A stretch of DNA of 53,471 bases, counting the filler, from Squatina squatina (lineage: Eukaryota), in assembly GCA_031763465.1 (NCBI GenBank). It is 3 parts of 2 records of this genome, joined end to end, with 100 filler letters (N's around TTAATTAATTAA, not from the genome) between each part and the next. Parts side by side here need not be neighbours in the genome. Positions count along the whole stretch, not along the records: positions 39,932 to 53,471 come from JARFOE010000222.1; 2 more parts are not named here. The stretch is one strand, 5' to 3'. Positions within the stretch are counted from its first letter, which is position 1. Each line of letters opens with the position of its first letter. A program made the position numbers and the translations under genes. Positions 45,542-53,471 of this stretch are shown here, in pieces. Below the pieces are notes generated by a model. The model was not told where the DNA came from, did not search any database, and worked only from the letters and a program-made list of their open reading frames with translations.

Positions 45542-47733
45542 ACTGTAAAAAAACTCACTTCACTACATCGAATATTTTTCAAGTAAACTTATATCTAGAA
45601 CAATTACGGTTCAGTATGAAGTAAGCCAAGGTGACTATTAAAAATGCATAGTCTTGATACCTGGAGCGGGCGGACAGCTGAACAATATTTTCCTCATACG
45701 CAAACAACGCTATAATGTTTTTGTGATGCAGTGAGCTATTTGAAAATGAATTGCATTCGAGTGTTTGTCAAACAAACACAAAGGTCGGCTTCAGACTGTC
45801 CTTTTAATAGTTTGCGCTGCTCTGAAACTCTTGCCGTTAATCCACATCAGTTCAGCAAATTAACTTTTAATGTTAAAATAGAGCGGTGAGCAATATTCAC
45901 TGTCTCGACAAGCTCCGAATACTTCAAAAACAACAGCAGTGTTCCTAATGTATTAATCGTTTCAAGACACATGGGGGTGGAATTTCATTTAGGGACGTGA
46001 TCAGGAAGTTACACCCCAAATTATGCCCATTCGTGCACCCATTTTACCGATGTCTATTTACAGCCAAATTTCCTGCCAACCTCATTAACATACACCGCAA
46101 CGTAAAACTGGACATAAACAAGAAGAAATCATCATAAGCAACCAGTGATTTCGAATGCACCAAACTTGCACTATATATTCCTTCTTTAAGTAGGAAAATT
46201 TAAGTTTCAAGCCATCTACCATCCATGCTTATAAGAACATGCAACCGTGGAAGCTTTTAAGTTTTTAATAATTTATACTGATACCATAAAAATGCATTCA
46301 AAGAAACANNNNNNNNNNNNNNNNNNNNNNNNNNNNNNNNNNNNNNNNNNNNNNNNNNNNNNNNNNNNNNNNNNNNNNNNNNNNNNNNNNNNNNNNNNNN
46401 NNNNNNNNATGAAAAATGGCCTCTAGGGTGAGGTGCTGGAGAGTTAATGACAACCATGGAATCGTGTGCCAGCTCTTTCAGAAGAGGGGGGGTGGGTTGG
46501 GGAGCGGGGTCGGGGGTGGGGGGGAATTGACGAAGGGTAAAATGACCTAAAGCAGTGGAATGGAAGCATTGAAAGTTGAACAGAGTTTTCTTGTGAGTGG
46601 CAATTTGGATGCTTCTCAACTATGAGCTGCGGTATGTGAGGGGGCAGCTGCTCTGATAGAAATTAGGTAATGGATATAATTTTCTTACAACTGTTGAAGG
46701 GCCCTAATAAATCAAATTGTAACGAAGCCTCGTCACAAACACAGCACAAGTGATGTGGGAAAGGGTGGGGAGGATTATAGTTTGAGCATTTAATCCACCA
46801 GGGGCCAGACAGCAAAGAATTAATTACTTTATTTCTTTTTAATAGTCGAGGAGAATGTTTTGTTTCTTTCTCTGTCTTGTCAGGAGAACAATCTTACATT
46901 CAGCTGTCAACACCAAGAAAGGATATAGTTTGAAACTGTAACCCATTCCAGCCGTGAACACAGGCCAACAGCAGGCTCACCTGAAACCGGTTTCTGTGGA
47001 TAACTGCCTATAGGCCATCCATTTCATGCGGGCCTGGACAGCTGATGTATTGTTCTGAAATAGCACAAGGCAGAAAGAGCTCAGTTATTATACTCAATCT
47101 GCAAGAACATGATTCGATTCTTGGCTAGACGCTGCGAATGTTAACNNNNNNNNNNNNNNNNNNNNNNNNNNNNNNNNNNNNNNNNNNNNNNNNNNNNNNN
47201 NNNNNNNNNNNNNNNNNNNNNNNNNNNNNNNNNNNNNNNNNNNNNTTGGATTGAATTACTTAATGTAAAGGGTGGTGAATGTGTGGAATGGAGTGCCTGT
47301 GAAGGCAGGCAGTGTGGAAACATTTACAGGAGAATTGGATGGCTATTTGAGGGACTGGGTGACTGACAAATTCAAGACTGGGCTTACGGACTGTACTTCC
47401 CTATGTTGCTGTACGCCTATGAAATACGTGACAATTTAAAGTGCCAGCTCTGAGCACTTCTGCCATGATGTGCTTGTATTGACACTAAGATTTTTACGTG
47501 ATGTAAATTACCCAGACATGAGTAAATGTTAGTGCTTAGGATAACCGCGTGTATCCAGAAGCTCATCAAGATGTACATTTGTGTATTGCTTGTGTACAGG
47601 AAAGGACACAGATGCATTTGAATCACAGTTTGATCTCTTGAGAGAACAGTTGTTTGCTCAGTGTGTACTATATTTCAGTTATTTGCCTATACATAGTATG
47701 CGTCCGACTTTTAAATTTTTCTTTTTTTTTAAG

Positions 47734-47931
47734 GGCGGAGGCAACACAATCTGTATTTGAAAGTTTTGTACACATCCTAACAAGACAGTTGGCTGAGATC
47801 GAGGTGTTCGCTGAGAATCCTAACAGTAATAGGGATGGACAGCTTGAATCTTGTTTACAGCTCACTGCTGAGTGCTTCCGATGTCTCCGAAATGCCTGCA
47901 TACAATGTGTCAAGAACCAGTCTCATGGAAG
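47734..47931 (+). CDS. ATXN10: Ataxin-10 exon 2
   Basis: Poly-T plus aag acceptor and aag|gtaatt donor; phase 2-2, 198 nt. LESCLQLTAECFRCLRNACIQCVKNQ compared with human LASSLQLITECFRCLRNACIECSVNQ. Lies downstream of FBLN1, as in human. Confidence 0.9.
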
Positions 47932-49084
47932 GTAATTAAAACTTGCGTTCTTTTTGTTAAAGTGAGACTCACAGCCAATGCAGTAGCATAGCATGTAGGT
48001 GAGCAAATGTGTGTTTCAACATAGTGGTAAGTTGTAGGTTTGTGGCCTGGGATCTGAGCTTCTGATCTCACCTATGCTGTTGTGAGGTATTGCAAAACAG
48101 AGACAACTGCTTTCCCACAAGGATGGATGGAAACTTGGTGGGAAAGTTATCCTACCCTACTCTCAGATATATCTTAGTGGTTTGGGAATGACATTGGTGA
48201 GGCCTGGGAGCAATTATGACTGTTTGTGTGTAGTGCATGGTGCAGGGAAGTGAAGAAATGGGAGCAAAATACCATTTAAAAAAGAAACTCATCATTTGGT
48301 TTGGAAATAAAAAGAAACCTCACTACTAGTACATCCAATTTAAAATTTGAACTATTTATATAAAAAAGCTGCGGAATATAGTAAGGGGCATTATCATAGT
48401 TCTCACCGTTCATGTTTCTGCACTGATAATGCCAACATGAATCTGTCAGTGAGATGATTAACATGACAGTTTACATCCATATTCTCAGTCGGTATTACTG
48501 ATGGGTGTAAATATACTACTGCTTGAGAGAAGAAAATGCCCACCTGGTGTTTGGATGTCTTGGTCTGTTCCAGGTGTGGGTTTTTTTTGCCTGTAACTTT
48601 ATTGCTGTAATGGTGGAAAAGCATTTGAGACTGACTGTTTTGTGATGTGATGCTTTGTTTTTCAAGGGTAAGAAAGGGGATATTCACATTCTGTCCCGCA
48701 ATTTTTGGCCCATTAGCTTCAAAAGATATCTGTAATCTAATCCTGTTTTACACCAGGGTGCCTCAACGACTTGCTTTAATTTGGGATCTGAATGAAAAAA
48801 ACAGCATCTATTCTGTTTTTGAGTAAAATTTTCACACTGACATATCTGGTACAAAATAAACGTGCCACTTTCAGACAAAGTTGCATGATTGGAGAGCTAC
48901 TAGAACATTGCTATTGAGCTGCGGTGCTGTTTACAGTTTGTATTTAGAGATAAAAACCAGAACTAAAGATCTTGTATCCTGGGATAATTTAAAAAGAAGT
49001 GTCCTGTGTAATAGTCATGGTGCCATGATCCACATTGTGGCTGTCCTCCCCGCAGTCTTTCTCTTGTCCTCACAGTGAGACTGT

Positions 49085-49349
49085 ATATCGTACTTGTGGG
49101 ATATGACCAGTGTCTGCGGGACCTCCTTCTCACCCTCTCCTCAGACCATGCTACCCGCCTCCCTGCCAGAGACTCCCCTTCCTGAACCTGTGCTTTCCCC
49201 TGGGGTGTGACTGTGTTCTGGATAAAACTTCCTGGAAATTTCTTCCCCTCCCTTATGTTTCAGAGTGCCTCTAACTGGTACACCAGCTCAATGACTTTGT
49301 ACTGGAGTGACTGAAGGCAGAGACATTTCCTGCATCCAAGACAGATTGT
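49085..49349 (-). mobile_element. CR1 ORF1 (zinc finger/leucine zipper) fragment
   Basis: CRKCLCLQSLQYKVIELVYQLEAL, followed after a frameshift by IREGE, typical of CR1 ORF1. Confidence 0.6.
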
Positions 49350-49984
49350 NNNNNNNNNNNNNNNNNNNNNNNNNNNNNNNNNNNNNNNNNNNNNNNNNNN
49401 NNNNNNNNNNNNNNNNNNNNNNNNNNNNNNNNNNNNNNNNNNNNNNNNNCGAGAGTTTGCAGGGGCAATGCAACCTGCAGAAGAGTCCTCCTCGGACTCA
49501 GGAGCCAAGACTGGGGCCACCTTGTTTCCAAGAAGTTCACAATGTTACAAAGGAGCATGGGTAATGAATAATGTTTTCTAGAGCAGTTAGAGTTTGCAGT
49601 TGAGAGGCGGTGATATTGCCATGAAACCAAATGTGAGGTATTAAGTTCTGTTGCCGCTTTTCTATTATAGTAAAAACATCATATGGCATGAGATGCCAGA
49701 GTCTTTACCAAGTAGCCATGTTTCAGTATTTGCCTTCTTTACCAGACGGCAGCTCTTTCTGTTTCCATCTGATGAGGTTCCAGTTTATATTGGTCTTGTA
49801 CACAGCTTAGTTGATGCTGTGTCCTTTTGAACTCCAGCAATAATAACCAATACCACACAACTTTGAAAGTTTATGCAGTTGTTACTTACAATATCAAGCC
49901 AGTATTGTCAGTACAATGGTTTCATACTGATATAGTGCAACAAGTGCAAATAGGGAACCAGCTTTTAAAGAATTAAGTTGGAGT

Positions 49985-50112
49985 TGTGTGTGGTACTAAA
50001 TTGGAACATTGTTCTTTTATCTCTTGGACATGGGTTTCAATCCAGTCTGGACTGATGGAGTGAAAGTCTCCTCTCTCTGCCGGCTACAAGCACCTTACAT
50101 AAAATGATGAGA
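49985..50112 (+). mobile_element. LF-SINE-like 5' fragment in an ATXN10 intron
   Basis: catgggtttcaatccagtctggactgatggagtgaaagtctcctctctctgccggctacaag resembles the recalled LF-SINE CCTGGGTTCAAATCCAGCCCAGACTGACAGGATGAAAGTCTCCTCTCTCTGCTGGCTGTAAG. Confidence 0.6.
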
Positions 50113-53100
50113 TCTAATCTACATGTTTCCCTTCGGTGACATCTTCTGCAGACATGGGGAGTGAAATTTGTTGGGGCTTCTCCGTAACTGTCGTAACTTC
50201 GGCAGAAGTTCTAGCACAAGCTCCTCCTTCTGTGCTGTACTTCTATAATTCAATGCTTTTCTGCAGCCACAATCCACTCTCCAATGGGTCTGGGCCTACA
50301 GCACAAGACTACCAATAATTTGCAAAAGTTGCCGCTAATTTCAATCTCACTAATAATGTCAGAGTAGTTTAGTTAGAGGTGCTTTTTACATGGTTGTAGT
50401 TAAAGAATATTGTTGGGATAATGTACAGGGAACCATACATTTAATTCATATGTACTATACCTAGCTTGGGAATGCTTGTTGTTAATACAGGATGCTTGCT
50501 GACCCTCAGCATTTCACTCTGACAGTGAGCATTTGCTGACAAAAAGCAGTGGCGAGCAAGCCACTTTCCGCTCAACGCTGTTCCTGCTGCTGATCTCCAC
50601 TGCTACATACTGTGGACAAGAATTCATTCAAAAAACAGAGCTCCCAACCAATAGTACACAATGACTGGAATCACTTTAACAAACAGATGGACTTGGGTCA
50701 GAGTGACAGTGAAGGGAGACAGGAGGCAGAGGGAAAGAGGAAAATGAAGGGGGAAAGGGGACAAGGGGAGCAGCTGGTTGCAGTTCTTTGGAGTTGAAGA
50801 GTGTCAGCATAAACTGAAAGGGGTGGAAAGAGTGCCAGTATTAACTGATGGGAAAGAAAGGAAGAGCACTAGCTTCACCTGAGGGTGTTGGAGGAGGAGT
50901 GCCAACGTGAACTGTGTTGGGTGGAAGTAGCATGCCAGCTTAATGGGCTGGGCAATAAATGCTGGCTTTGCCACCGATGCCCACATCCCATGAACAGATA
51001 TGAAAAAAAATAGGAAGTACAGCAAGTATGAACTGGAGGGCTGGTGGGGCAGTAGATTGCCAGGTTGAATTGAAGGGAGTTGGGAGGGAAGAAGAGGGAG
51101 ACAAGTATGAACTGGAAGGGCTAGAGAAGGAGAGACTGTCTCTGAGAGTGTGGGGTTTGGATGCAGTATGGTGTCTGTGAACTGGGTCTGGAGGAACCAG
51201 CGTTGCAGTGAATTGAAGTGGGAATGTTAGATGTAGGGCCATGTTCAGTTAACATCTGGGAAAATGATGGTGTGGTCAGTTTGTTAATGATTCAAATGTC
51301 ATTTTATTTCTTTTGTTTTCCTCAAGATTAAAAATCTGTTAATTGAGGCTAAAAGTGAACTGAATACATTTTTTATTTTAAAAATTAGAAGTTTCCTGGG
51401 GGAGCATGTACGACCAAGTTTGTGCGGCAACATTTTAATTTTTCTGTGAAGTTTTTCATGTACTTACTTTTTCAATTCAGGTGAAGGAATGATATGCATA
51501 TTTCCAGTTNNNNNNNNNNNNNNNNNNNNNNNNNNNNNNNNNNNNNNNNNNNNNNNNNNNNNNNNNNNNNNNNNNNNNNNNNNNNNNNNNNNNNNNNNNN
51601 NNNNNNNNNTTAGCGCTGAAATTAGCACATTTTTTAAGGTGTCAGATTTTTTTCTATGTCCCAAACTGCAGGCCTTAAAGGGACAGTGCCGAAACTGGAA
51701 CTTTGGAATCAACAATTCGTCCGTTAGCGCCAGTAACTCAGGGAAGTTGAATTGGTCGACCCAAGCCTATTAATGCTTTTTTGACTAAAATTTTATACAA
51801 GTAGAATCGACTCCCTGATGTTGCCAGCACTTGGAGTTTTCCTGTTAATAAATGAAGATGTTGTGGCAAATACTAAACTTGCCTGGAACATCTGGGTTCA
51901 TAATGATCCTGTGGTCATGATTTTTGCAAAATATTAACACAATAGTTCCTTTGTAAAAGGAGTGCTTGTAATTAAAAAGCTTTTCTTCTCTTCCATGTCT
52001 AAGAGTGACTTACTTCAGGGCATTTCGGTCCATTATCTTGAACATTTATTAGATGTGGTCAAAATTCAAATGGCCAAACTTAAGAAGAATTCTTGTGTTT
52101 GTCTGATTTGTGTAATTAGATTTCTGAGAGATATGAGCATCGGTACAGTGTGGAGTTTTGTATTTTTTCTGACTTCTTTACTCTTTATCTTAGAAATTCT
52201 TTTCTTAAGCAAAATCTTACAATTTGAATGTGGGCTATTTGTCAGCTGCTTTAACAGTGTGAGCATCACTTATACCAGGTGAGAGCAGTCAGCAAGAACC
52301 ACGATACTCAAGCCCACCATTATTAACAGGTGGTCTGCTGGCATGGTTTTAAATTGGATTGTGATGTATTGAGGAGGTTCTTTATCAAGTCATCATTAAG
52401 GCCAATTTTACCGAATAGTTTCTTTAGCTATTTTTTTAAAAGCTTTAAATTAGACAGGATTTTTTTGAAATGTTGCCAAAAGTGTACTGTATCCTGTGAT
52501 TGCCTGTTATATTTTAATGTATGGACCAGTTAGCTTGGAACCCTTTCAGCAGGAGTAGTGAAGCTCAAACTCCTGCTTGAAAGAATGGTCGAAAGCTGCT
52601 GCAAATGAATGCTGAATCTTCATTGAGACTGTCGCAATACTTCTTTCTTTCAGACTGCAGAAAGTTGAAGGAGTGGGTCTGGTCATCGATATGTTTTCCG
52701 TAAATTGGGCGTTTCCAGACAAATGTCTTTCATTTCCTTGTGGAGCTGAAAATGTTCAAATTAAATCCAATTTAAAGACAGTAATATGCATGGATGATAT
52801 TAATGAAAAAAAATAAATAAATAAAAGACCTAACTTCGCTCACAGCTAAAGCTTAAGGGCTGAGTCTATTTTGACACATTTGAATTAGATGTGTGTAACA
52901 GGAATAGCTTCCATCACAAGGAACACAACTTATTCCTGTTCTGTTCTGTCCTGTCGCAGCAGCCAAAGATAAACTTATTTATCTGAATGGGTACTTCCTG
53001 GCCAGAACTGACCTGACGGCTCTCCATGACACTGTCCATCAACTTCCAAAACCGAGATGATCTATGAGTTGTACATTAAATCTGTTTTTGATTCCCTCAA

Positions 53101-53471
53101 TAGCCTTTTTGAGAAGAGTACTTGAAATTCAGAATACTTTTCCTTTATATTGAGTATTGTTCCATTCAATTCTGAAGTTTTAAGTTTTTTTTTTATAAAG
53201 GATACTGATGGTGACTCCTGCTCTTGAACTAGTTTTTTGGGCTTCTTTACTTTTCCATTGATTTTTTTTTGGTGAAACTGGTTTGAATTAAGATTTATGT
53301 ACCCTTCTTGCATTAATTGTATTGAGTATAGGATGCAAATAAAAATCAAGCTTTAAAGTTTTGTACTTACTTGGTTTTGTTTGCATTGTACCTATTAACT
53401 TAGTAAGATTCTGCGCATAGTAGGGTTTTCGCAATAGATAAGTACTTAAGTATGTTATATACCAATTGTAG

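Noticed and set aside
16533-47931. Novel TLX2-FBLN1-ATXN10 linkage
   Set aside because: The genes are separated by artificial scaffold-joining spacers.
51962-52700. Possible further ATXN10 exons (acceptor-like sites near 52193 and 52653)
   Set aside because: The translations do not resemble the recalled ATXN10 sequence in any frame checked.
1-53471. CRISPR arrays, operons or prokaryotic defence systems
   Set aside because: The sequence is vertebrate with spliceosomal introns, and no regular repeat-spacer array was seen.

Overview
Eukaryotic, gap-rich draft sequence, most likely from a cartilaginous fish (shark-type SINE, CR1 and Penelope repeats; inferred by recognition, not by search). Two artificial 100-nt spacers (44 N + TTAATTAATTAA + 44 N, at 23490-23589 and 39832-39931) show that the window is three concatenated scaffolds. 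Segment A (1-23489) carries exons 1-2 of a TLX2-type homeobox gene. About 7 kb upstream on the same strand lies the 3' part of an unidentified multi-exon coding gene: five phase-compatible exons giving 146 aa, fragmented across or missing from the ORF track. Segment B (23590-39831) is AT-rich with no coding exon I can recognise. Segment C (39932-53471) has three fibulin-1 exons, including the 1D-specific terminal exons, followed by ATXN10 exon 2. The rest is decayed SINEs, CR1/RTE/Penelope retroelements, a Gypsy integrase relic, MITE-like palindromes and probable conserved non-coding elements. The best candidate for something undescribed is the unidentified spliced gene upstream of TLX2. No prokaryote-type systems, CRISPR arrays or true RNA genes were seen. 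All family assignments come from recalled sequences and need database confirmation.
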